Assembly (NCBI GenBank): GCA_963820525.1 | Contig: CAWGAA010000001.1 | Location: 1,664,001 to 1,728,000, forward strand | Direction of reading: 5' to 3' | Length of the DNA: 64,000 bases | DNA from: an uncultured Spirochaetota bacterium | GTDB lineage: Bacteria > Spirochaetota > Spirochaetia > SZUA-6 > Fen-1364 | In this document: piece after piece, positions 1 through 7,867 of the stretch | Numbering within the stretch: the first letter of the stretch is position 1 | Layout of the letters: every line of letters begins with the position of its first letter | Notes under the pieces: generated by a model | The model's database searches: none | What the model saw: only the letters and a program-made list of their open reading frames with translations | What the model was told of the DNA's origin: nothing | Position numbers and translations under genes: made by a program

Positions 1-689
1 GTGACCCTCGCGATCTCCTTCACGCTCCCGATCCTCCCGTAGAACAGCTTCCAGTCCAGATTGGCCGGCACCTGCACGGTGAGCTTCAAGCGCACCGAGT
101 TCTCCTCGAAGGACTTGGATATATCCACGGTGCGGACACGGATTCCGCAGTCCTTCAGGATGGGGAAGATCTCCTCCGTGCTCGCGTCCAGGCCGCTCAA
201 GCCGATCTCCATGATTCGAAGGTTCACGTCGGGGAAGAAGCGCTTCTCCACGGAGGCCAGGGCGAACAGGACGAAAATCACGATGCCCACGGTGATCACC
301 CCCCCCGCGTACATTCCCGCGCCCACGGCCATTCCGATTCCCGCCGCCGCCCATATCGACGCCGCGGTGGTGAGCCCCCGCACATTTGCGCCCAACCGGA
401 AGATGGCGCCGCCCCCCAGAAAGCCGATTCCCGACACGATCTGGGCAGCAATCCTGCCGGGGTCTCCCATCTGGAAATGAGTGAAGGTCTGGGGAATGTA
501 GATGGACAGGAGCGTGAGGAGGGTGGAGCCGACGCTGATCACGATGTGGGTCCGAAGGCCCGCGGACTGGTTGTGCCACTCCCGCTCGATTCCGATGAGG
601 CCGCCCAGGACGAAGCTCAAGAGGAGCCGGAAGAGGGTGACGGGAAGGTCCACCCTGGTCCGGCCGAGAAACTCAACAATCGCTTCCAT
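1..689 (-). CDS. MgtC/SapB family membrane protein (3' end runs off the window)
   Basis: Hand translation from ATG at 689: MEAIVEFLG...LGGLIGIERE...AGLRTHIVISVGS...GDPGRIAAQIVSGIGFLGGGAI...VRGLTTAASIW. These are the MgtC signature motifs. Not in the ORF track because it is truncated. Confidence 0.92.
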   Translation of the reverse strand, partial: MEAIVEFLGRTRVDLPVTLFRLLLSFVLGGLIGIEREWHNQSAGLRTHIVISVGSTLLTLLSIYIPQTFTHFQMGDPGRIAAQIVSGIGFLGGGAIFRLGANVRGLTTAASIWAAAGIGMAVGAGMYAGGVITVGIVIFVLFALASVEKRFFPDVNLRIMEIGLSGLDASTEEIFPILKDCGIRVRTVDISKSFEENSVRLKLTVQVPANLDWKLFYGRIGSVKEIARV

Positions 690-714
690 GCTCTGATGAT
701 CGGAAAAAGAGCGC

Positions 715-1479
715 TTACATGGAAGCGGATCGCCACCACTCGTAGTACCTGGTCTGAAGGTCCTTCTCGGAGGGCATCGGGTAGTAAACCAGGGATCCAT
801 GCTCGCCGAGGAAGAACCCGTTCAGCATGGTTCTGTAGGGGAACTCCTCGGGCGCGATCCTATCCACCGTCTTGGTGCTCTTCTCCCGGGTCTTTCGAAG
901 CTGCATGAGGCAGTCGCGAAGATGCTCGATGTTGGTGTAGGGGAGATTGCGCACGCTGCCTTTCTCCGGATCCGCCGCCAGCTCGTCGAGGCGCAGCTCT
1001 CCGAAGACGATCTTGGGGACATGGATGCTGCGCTTGGGATCCGTCATGAAAGCAGCGAACTCCTTGGGGTCGAGGCTGCTCACAACCCGTGGGTGCACGG
1101 GGGAGATCTCCTGGTAGAGGTGATAGGTCTGCGGGAAAGAGGGCACGTCCTTCCTCGGCTCCACCTCCAGGACGCGGCCGTCCTGGGTGGTGAGGTAGAG
1201 GTTGCCGAAGGCGCTCATGGGGACGTGCTCCAGCGCGCGGTACACGGAAAGGTACACCGAGTGCTTCGGCTCTCCGTTGGCGTGCGGCACGCATCGGCTG
1301 TCGATCTCCGACAGGGGGAAGTAGTCGCTTGTGAACTTGCGGTCGACGGCGAAGTACTTCGCCTGGCCGCGAGCCCGTTTTTCGGTTCCCACGGCGAGGT
1401 ACACCCCGAACTCCATCGGGGGAAGCATTGAGGCGATCAGGGCTTCGGGAAGCATGTTCAGGTAAAGGTACACTGCCAT
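715..1479 (-). CDS. Hypothetical protein, 254 aa, function unknown
   Basis: Clean ORF with GGAGG RBS and protein-like composition, co-oriented with its neighbours. No motif I can assign. Confidence 0.8.
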   Translation of the reverse strand: MAVYLYLNMLPEALIASMLPPMEFGVYLAVGTEKRARGQAKYFAVDRKFTSDYFPLSEIDSRCVPHANGEPKHSVYLSVYRALEHVPMSAFGNLYLTTQDGRVLEVEPRKDVPSFPQTYHLYQEISPVHPRVVSSLDPKEFAAFMTDPKRSIHVPKIVFGELRLDELAADPEKGSVRNLPYTNIEHLRDCLMQLRKTREKSTKTVDRIAPEEFPYRTMLNGFFLGEHGSLVYYPMPSEKDLQTRYYEWWRSASM

Positions 1480-1555
1480 ACTGTCGTCCTCCTCTCATCT
1501 CCAAAGATACCGAACGCCCCCACCGGCGGCAATCAAAGCATTGTTTGACGGCCGG

Positions 1556-2764
1556 TCATGCACCGGGAACCGCCGCCGGTCCCGCTTTGCGCACGGTGCG
1601 CGCCGCGATGACGCTCGCCAGGAGCACGGCGGCGGCCGCGAAGAAGGCGGAAGCGTAGCCGAAGGCGGCTGAAAGGAGAGAGCCGACCATCGGCCCCACC
1701 GCGGCGCCCGCATTGTTCATGCTCGACGTGAGGCCGAACACGGTGCCCTGGCGGCTTTTCGGCGTGCGCAAGGCGATCATGGCGTTCACGGAAGGCTCGG
1801 AGCCGCCGATCATGGCCCCGCCCAGGATCCGCAGGACCAGGAGCTGGAAGGGGGTTCGGACAAAGGCCTGGGGGAGGAAGATGAGGAAGGCGCCTGTAAG
1901 GCAGGCCAGGAGGGTCCGCTCGTAGCCGAAGCGGTAGCTCACCCTGCCCAGGGCCGCGGCGGCGAGCGCCGCCGAAACGGCTGAGAGGCCGAAAATGAGG
2001 CCGGTATACGTGCCGACGCGCTGCGCAGAGGGGGCAATGGCCATGATGAAGAGGGGAAGGATGGGAGACACGGTGGATATGGCAACCTGCAGGGCGGCGG
2101 AAACAAGAAGAAGGATGACGAGACCCGATGAGCCGCCCAGAATCGAAAAGTCGGGCAGCGCCTGCTTCCAGAAGGGACCGGCCCGCGCTCCGACGGCGGG
2201 ATCGGCTCCCACGAAGCGCAGCACGATCACGGCCGCCAGGAGCAGAAGAGCGGCCGTGATGAAGAAGTTGGCACGGAACCCGAGGAGATCCGAGAGCACG
2301 CCTCCCAGGGCCGGGCCCAGCGAAGCGCCGACGTAGACCCCGGTCTGCAGGAGACCGAGGGTGAAGCCGAGCTCCTCGGTGGGGCTGATGGTGGCCACGA
2401 GCACGGTTGCGGCCGCCACCGTTCCCGAAAGCGCCCCCTGGACGGCGCGAAGCGCCAGAAGCTGCCATGGGTGGTTGACAATGCCCATGAGCCCCACGAC
2501 AACCGCTCCGCCCAGCATCGCGCGAAGGAGCATGGCGCGTTTTCCGACGCTGTCGGCGAGCCGGCCCCAGATCGGGGAGAACACGGAAAGCGTTACAGCA
2601 ACGACGGTGGCGCACGCTCCGTTCCAGAGATTGAGCGCCACGGGATCCGTCACGCCGAGGGACTGGAGGTAGAGGGGAAGAATGGGGTTGGAGGTCGTGA
2701 AGCCGGTGACCGCCAGCACCTCGCCCGCAAGGATGGCGAAGAAGCTCCTGCGCCAGCCCGTCAC
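1556..2764 (-). CDS. MFS transporter (DHA1/MdtG-like)
   Basis: About 12 hydrophobic helices, motif A WGRLADSVGKR, and GASLGPALGG. Confidence 0.9.
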   Translation of the reverse strand: MTGWRRSFFAILAGEVLAVTGFTTSNPILPLYLQSLGVTDPVALNLWNGACATVVAVTLSVFSPIWGRLADSVGKRAMLLRAMLGGAVVVGLMGIVNHPWQLLALRAVQGALSGTVAAATVLVATISPTEELGFTLGLLQTGVYVGASLGPALGGVLSDLLGFRANFFITAALLLLAAVIVLRFVGADPAVGARAGPFWKQALPDFSILGGSSGLVILLLVSAALQVAISTVSPILPLFIMAIAPSAQRVGTYTGLIFGLSAVSAALAAAALGRVSYRFGYERTLLACLTGAFLIFLPQAFVRTPFQLLVLRILGGAMIGGSEPSVNAMIALRTPKSRQGTVFGLTSSMNNAGAAVGPMVGSLLSAAFGYASAFFAAAAVLLASVIAARTVRKAGPAAVPGA

Positions 2765-2767
2765 GGG

Positions 2768-5062
2768 CTACTCAAGAACCGTGAGGGCGATCTCCTCGCC
2801 CTTCACGTCGGCGATGACCTTCCCTCCACGGGTGAGCTTGCCAAAGAGAATCTCGTCAACGAAGAAGTTCTTGATCTTGTCAGCCACGAGGCGCGCGATC
2901 TGGCGGGCGCCGAACTCCCGGGAATAACCCGCGCGGGCAAGCCACTCACGGGCGGCATCAGTGGCCTCAAGACTCACCCCCTTCTTGGAGAGCTCCGCCT
3001 GGAACTCGCGGATGGCCTTGTCCACCACTTGAAGCACGATGCCGTGGGCAAGGTCGTTGAACTGCACCGTCGCGTCCAGCCTGTTTCGAAACTCCGGGGA
3101 GAAGATGCGCTCCACCGCGTCGGATACCGCATCCTCGCGCACGGAGCGCTCGCCGAACCCGACAAGAGGCTTTCCGATCTCCCGGGCGCCGGCATTGGAT
3201 GTCATGATGAGAACGATGTTCCTGAAGTCCGCCTTCTTGCCGTTGTTGTCGGTAAGGGTGGCGTAGTCCATGATTTGCAGGAGCATGTTGAAGATGTCGG
3301 GATGGGCCTTCTCGATCTCGTCGAGGAGGAGCACCGCGTGAGGGGTCTTTCGAACGGCGTCCGTGAGAAGCCCGCCCTCGTCGTAGCCCACGTATCCCGG
3401 GGGGGCTCCAATGAGGCGCGAGACGGTGTGCCGCTCCTGGTACTCGCTCATGTCGAAGCGCAGGAGGTTCACGCCGAGGATCTCGGCGAGCTGGCGGGCG
3501 AGCTCGGTCTTTCCCACTCCCGTGGGACCGACGAACAAAAGCGAGGCGACCGGCTTGTCCCTCTCTCCGAAGCCCGCGCGGGACTTCTTGATTGCCTTGA
3601 CCACGAGCTCGATGGCCTTGTCCTGGCCGAAGATCCTTCCCTTCAGCTCCCCCTCCAGGCCCTTCAGGCGGGAAAGCTCGTCCGAGGAAACGCTCGCCTC
3701 GGGGATCTTGGCGATGCGGGCCACCACCTTCTCGATGGCCCCGGTGTCCACCGCGTGCCTGCCGTCCTCCATAGGCGCCGTATCCTGCCCATAGACCCGC
3801 ACCCACGAGCCGGCCTCGTCGATAACGTCGATTGCCTTGTCCGGCAGGTGGCGATCGTTGATGAACTTGGCCGAAAGCTCGGCCGCGGCGCGCAGGGCGT
3901 CTTCGGTGTAGTGCACGTCGTGGTACGACTCGTATTTTTCCCTCAAGCCCAGGAGGATCTTGTACGTCTCTTCCGTACTCGGCTCCGAGACCTCGATCTT
4001 CTGGAAGCGCCGGGAAAGGGCGCGATCCTTGTCGAAGTATTTCTTGTACTCCTCATAGGTGGTGGAGCCGATGCAGCGCATCTTTCCCGAGCTGAGAACG
4101 GGCTTCAAGATGTTGGAGGCGTCCATGGAGCCGCCCGACACGGACCCGGCCCCAACCACCGTATGGATCTCGTCAATGAAGAGGATGGCCTTCTCCTGCT
4201 TTTCAAGCTCCTTGATGACCCTCTTCATCCGCTCCTCGAAGTCCCCGCGGAACTTTGTCCCCGCCAGGAGCGCCCCCATATCCAGGGCATAGATGCGGAA
4301 TCCGCGGAGCGCCCGCGGGACCTTTTCGTCCACGATGAGCTGGGCCAGCCCCTCGGTTATGGCAGTCTTACCCACGCCGGCCTCGCCCACATGGATGGGA
4401 TTGTTCTTCAGCCTCCGGCAGAGGACCTGGATGGTGCGCTGGAGGATGTCTTCCCTGCCGATGAGCGGATCGATTCCGCCTTCGCGCGCCTTCCTGGTGA
4501 GCTCCACCGTGTAGGATTCCAGGGCGCGCGCGCTCTTGCGCCGGCCGCGGGCGGCGGGCTGCCCGGCGCCCTCTTCGGCCTGCTCCTCCTCGGCCTCATC
4601 CCCTTCCCCGTCGCCCGGCTCGGAATCCCGCTCGGGGAAGACGGTGACCCCATGGGAGATGTAGGTGAGCAGGGCCAGCCTGTCGATTCCCTGCCGGGCC
4701 AGGAAGTGGGCGGCGAATGATTCCTTCTCGTCGAAGATCGAGACCAGGATGTCGTCGATCTCCACGGTCTGCTTTTCAGCCGAGGCCGTGTGGAGGATTG
4801 CCCTCTCCATGACGGACTGGAAGCCGGCGGATTGGATGGGCTTGGAGCTCTCCGAGGTGGGAACGTGCCCCATGAAGTATTCCTCGATGTCGCGGGTGAG
4901 GGAGCGAACGTCGCCCCCGCATTGGGAGATGATCTCGCGCCCGCGGTCGAAGAAAAGGGAAGCGTACAGGACGTGCTCCGGGGTCAGGTACTCGTGGCTT
5001 CGGGATTCGGCTTCACGGTAGGCGGCGATGATGATCTGATTCAGCTCGTTACTGATGTCCAT
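2768..5062 (-). CDS. clpA: ATP-dependent Clp protease ATP-binding subunit ClpA
   Basis: Clp N domain (HEYLTPEH), two Walker A motifs (GEAGVGKT, GPTGVGKT), DMSEY, no ClpB middle domain, and directly downstream of clpS. Confidence 0.96.
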   Translation of the reverse strand: MDISNELNQIIIAAYREAESRSHEYLTPEHVLYASLFFDRGREIISQCGGDVRSLTRDIEEYFMGHVPTSESSKPIQSAGFQSVMERAILHTASAEKQTVEIDDILVSIFDEKESFAAHFLARQGIDRLALLTYISHGVTVFPERDSEPGDGEGDEAEEEQAEEGAGQPAARGRRKSARALESYTVELTRKAREGGIDPLIGREDILQRTIQVLCRRLKNNPIHVGEAGVGKTAITEGLAQLIVDEKVPRALRGFRIYALDMGALLAGTKFRGDFEERMKRVIKELEKQEKAILFIDEIHTVVGAGSVSGGSMDASNILKPVLSSGKMRCIGSTTYEEYKKYFDKDRALSRRFQKIEVSEPSTEETYKILLGLREKYESYHDVHYTEDALRAAAELSAKFINDRHLPDKAIDVIDEAGSWVRVYGQDTAPMEDGRHAVDTGAIEKVVARIAKIPEASVSSDELSRLKGLEGELKGRIFGQDKAIELVVKAIKKSRAGFGERDKPVASLLFVGPTGVGKTELARQLAEILGVNLLRFDMSEYQERHTVSRLIGAPPGYVGYDEGGLLTDAVRKTPHAVLLLDEIEKAHPDIFNMLLQIMDYATLTDNNGKKADFRNIVLIMTSNAGAREIGKPLVGFGERSVREDAVSDAVERIFSPEFRNRLDATVQFNDLAHGIVLQVVDKAIREFQAELSKKGVSLEATDAAREWLARAGYSREFGARQIARLVADKIKNFFVDEILFGKLTRGGKVIADVKGEEIALTVLE

Positions 5063-5377
5063 TCACGCTTCCTCCGAGGTCGCCTTCAGGGGAAACTCGT
5101 TCTGCCGGGCCATCTCGTGAACCTGGGAAACCTTGGTGGCCGCGATATCGAAGGTATACACTCCCACGACTCCCCTGCCCTTCTTGTGCACATCGAGCAT
5201 GATCTTTGTCGCCTCCGCCGCGGGCTTGTGGAAGACGGCCATGACGACCTGCACGACGAAATCCATCGTGGTGTAGTCGTCGTTGTGCAGGACGACGCGG
5301 TAGAGTTTCGGCTCCTGGAGCCGGGGTTTCTGGCGGACCCCGGTGTCCGCTTCGAAGCTGTCGCGCGTCTTGGCCAT
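5063..5377 (-). CDS. clpS: Clp protease adaptor ClpS
   Basis: YRVVLHNDDYTTMDFVV...MLDVHKKG...EFPL signature. ATG at 5377 has an AAGGA RBS. Confidence 0.96.
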   Translation of the reverse strand: MAKTRDSFEADTGVRQKPRLQEPKLYRVVLHNDDYTTMDFVVQVVMAVFHKPAAEATKIMLDVHKKGRGVVGVYTFDIAATKVSQVHEMARQNEFPLKATSEEA

Positions 5378-5495
5378 GAATGTTTCCTTCATTCAATAAT
5401 ACCAGTTTCGCGCCCCGAGAAACAAGCGGGACGGCCGGTTTTCCCCTGAATTTCGTGGAAATAACGCTCATTTTGATTATACTTTGAGAGAGACC

Positions 5496-6851
5496 ATGGC
5501 GCTTTTATCGAAGTACCTTACTTCTCGACGTGTCGTGTTTCTGCGCAGCCGCAGCAAGGATGGCGCCATCCGGGAGCTCGTGCACGCGCTCTGCGCCACG
5601 ATTCCGGACCTCGACAGCATGCAGATCATCCGCGCCATCCAGGAACGGGAGAGGATGGTGAGCTCGTGGATAGCCCCGGGCGTCGCCATTCCCCACGCGC
5701 GCCTGTCCGGCTGGAACGGGATCGCCGTCGCCGTGGGCAGGAGCCGCAAGGGAATCGCCTTCGACTCCAGCGACGGCAACCCCGTCAACCTCCTCATCCT
5801 CATCGTGAGCGACGACCGCGACCCGGATCAGCATATCCAGCTCCTGGCCGAGATCGCCAGAACGCTTCGGGACCTCGCCCTCAAGCAGCTGGTTCTCACG
5901 GCGCGCACCAGCGACGAGGTGTATCGGCTGCTCATAACGCACGGCTATGGAGAGCCGCGGGGCAAGGCCAAGACGTCACCCAAGGCGCGGGTCTCGCGCC
6001 TGCTCTTCGCGCACGCCCTCTCGGTGGCCGAGGAGGTAAAGGCCAACGCCGTCATGCTGCACTGCGACGCGGTGGGCAGCCTCCGCTTCATGGAGGACAT
6101 TCCCTCGCCCATCCAGCTCATCCTGGTGACCTCGGACCGCGCCACCGTGAAGGAGAACCGGAAGCCGGCTCCCCAGATCCTCCAGGTGCCCTTCCCCAGC
6201 CTGAACCGCTCCAACCAGATGGAGCTTTCCCTCCTCTTTGCGGTCTCGCGCGGCCTTCTTTCCCGCGGCGACACGGTTGTCCATATTTCGGGGGTTCCCA
6301 ACTCGGGGCTTCTCGACACGCTCCTGGTAATCGATGTCGGCCGCGAGTTCCCCTCCATCTTCACCCAGCACACCCCGACTCCCATTGGAGACGTGGAGCC
6401 TCAGGTGCTGGAGAAGATCCTCCAGATCGCAATGGACATCTCCCGGGAAGGAAGGGAGGGAAGGCCGGTCGGAACGCTGTTCGTGATCGGAGATTACGAG
6501 AAGGTCTTGAAGTATTGCCGGCAGATGGTGATCAATCCCTTCCGCGGCTACCGCGAGGAGGAGAAGAACGTCCTGGACCCGAGCCTGGGAGAAACGCTCA
6601 AGGAGTTCTCCACCATCGACGGCGCCTTCATCGTGCGGGGAGATGGAGTGATCATGTCGGCCGGCACGTTCCTCAGGCCCGAGAAAACGACGGTGAACCT
6701 CCCCTCGGGGCTGGGAGCGCGGCACGCTGCGGCCGCCGCCTTGACCGCCATCACGGGCTCGATCGCCGTGGTTGTATCCCAGTCCACGGGCACGCTGAGC
6801 CTCTTCAAGGCAGGGGGCCTCGTCATGGCGCTGGAGCGGCCGAAGATGTAG
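5496..6851 (+). CDS. PTS EIIA (Fru/Ntr-type) domain fused to a CdaZ/DacZ-like diadenylate cyclase
   Basis: N-terminal GVAIPHARL (EIIA phospho-His motif). C-terminal DAC domain with EGREGRPVGTLF, NPF, FSTIDGAFIV (DGA motif), GLGARHAAA and VVSQSTG. Confidence 0.88.
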   Translation: MALLSKYLTSRRVVFLRSRSKDGAIRELVHALCATIPDLDSMQIIRAIQERERMVSSWIAPGVAIPHARLSGWNGIAVAVGRSRKGIAFDSSDGNPVNLLILIVSDDRDPDQHIQLLAEIARTLRDLALKQLVLTARTSDEVYRLLITHGYGEPRGKAKTSPKARVSRLLFAHALSVAEEVKANAVMLHCDAVGSLRFMEDIPSPIQLILVTSDRATVKENRKPAPQILQVPFPSLNRSNQMELSLLFAVSRGLLSRGDTVVHISGVPNSGLLDTLLVIDVGREFPSIFTQHTPTPIGDVEPQVLEKILQIAMDISREGREGRPVGTLFVIGDYEKVLKYCRQMVINPFRGYREEEKNVLDPSLGETLKEFSTIDGAFIVRGDGVIMSAGTFLRPEKTTVNLPSGLGARHAAAAALTAITGSIAVVVSQSTGTLSLFKAGGLVMALERPKM

Positions 6852-7819
6852 GCTTTTGCCCCCTCCCGATACGCGGGCCCGCGGCCTTCCCCGTTGGGAT
6901 GCTGCTCCGCGGTCGGGATATCCGACGGTCCTGAATACCCCAGGAATGCCAGGACCAGGAGGGCCGTTTCGTGAGGCTTTTCGACGGTCGGCATGTGGCC
7001 GCAGCCCTGGATCAATTTTAGATCGGCGTCAGGAAGGAGATCCCGAAACTTCAGGCTCCAGGAGGCCGGAAGCACGCCGTCTTCGACACCCCAGAGGATC
7101 AGCGTTCGCGCAGCGAGGGTTGGCAGGATCTCGCCAACGGGGTCGGTTCCCACCACCTCGCGCGCCATGCGCGCCACCGCCCTGCGCGATTCTTCATGAG
7201 AGAGAGTCCGGACCACCGAATCGACAAATTCCTCCGTGATCTTGGAAGGATCGAAAAAAACGCTTGACTTCAGTATCCAGCCGATCAGGGGCCTGGTGGA
7301 GAGCGCCAGGCCCGCGTCCACCAGAACCCCCAGCCTCGACAGGGCCAGCAGCCCGCCCTCCTCGCCGGCCAGGCCGTCGGGAGAGATGAGGATGAGCCGC
7401 CGGACGGATTCGGGATGAAGCGCGGCGAAGTGCACCGCCACGAGCCCTCCCAGGGAGTGCCCGGCAAGGGTGAAAGCGTCCAGGCCGAGGGCCTGGGAGA
7501 ACGAGAAGAGAAACGCGGTGAGGGAGCCGACGCTGTAGTGGATGTCGGGCTTTGCCGAGTCCCCGCACCCGGGAAGATCCACCGCGATCGAGCGCACGCG
7601 CGGCGGCATGATCCTGAGAAGGGGGAGGAAGTCCTCCGCGCTCCCGCACCAGCCGTGCACGAAGAGGATCGTCTGCTCAGGCGGCGAAGCGCTCGCCGTC
7701 TCCAGGTAGCGGATGTCAACGCCGTTTATCGAAACGTGGCGGGAGAAGGGGGAATCCTCCGCGCCGGAGAGGATAAGGGGGAAAGCGATAAACAACTGCA
7801 GAAGGAGCGCGCGCCGCAT
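6548..7819 (-). CDS. Secreted alpha/beta-fold hydrolase. The fold ends near 6930 but the ORF runs on antisense into the DAC gene.
   Basis: Signal-peptide-like N-terminus, FVHGW oxyanion motif, GHSLGG nucleophile elbow, WGVEDG acid residue and GHMP His. Confidence 0.85.
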   Translation of the reverse strand: MRRALLLQLFIAFPLILSGAEDSPFSRHVSINGVDIRYLETASASPPEQTILFVHGWCGSAEDFLPLLRIMPPRVRSIAVDLPGCGDSAKPDIHYSVGSLTAFLFSFSQALGLDAFTLAGHSLGGLVAVHFAALHPESVRRLILISPDGLAGEEGGLLALSRLGVLVDAGLALSTRPLIGWILKSSVFFDPSKITEEFVDSVVRTLSHEESRRAVARMAREVVGTDPVGEILPTLAARTLILWGVEDGVLPASWSLKFRDLLPDADLKLIQGCGHMPTVEKPHETALLVLAFLGYSGPSDIPTAEQHPNGEGRGPAYREGAKAYIFGRSSAMTRPPALKRLSVPVDWDTTTAIEPVMAVKAAAAACRAPSPEGRFTVVFSGLRNVPADMITPSPRTMKAPSMVENSLSVSPRLGSRTFFSSSR

Positions 7820-7867
7820 AGAGCTCGAATACTACTCCGCCGCCTCCAAATTGAATATAGTGAATAC

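Noticed and set aside
2471..4720. 749-aa plus-strand ORF and similar long ORFs (13686-15770, 23114-24262, 24341-25567, 32031-33587, 62900-63865)
   Set aside because: Antisense shadows of well-supported genes, expected in high-GC DNA, with no motifs of their own.
7415..7867. 150-aa N-terminal extension of PolB in the ORF track
   Set aside because: It lies antisense to the hydrolase gene. Polymerase-like sequence starts near the GTG at 7868.
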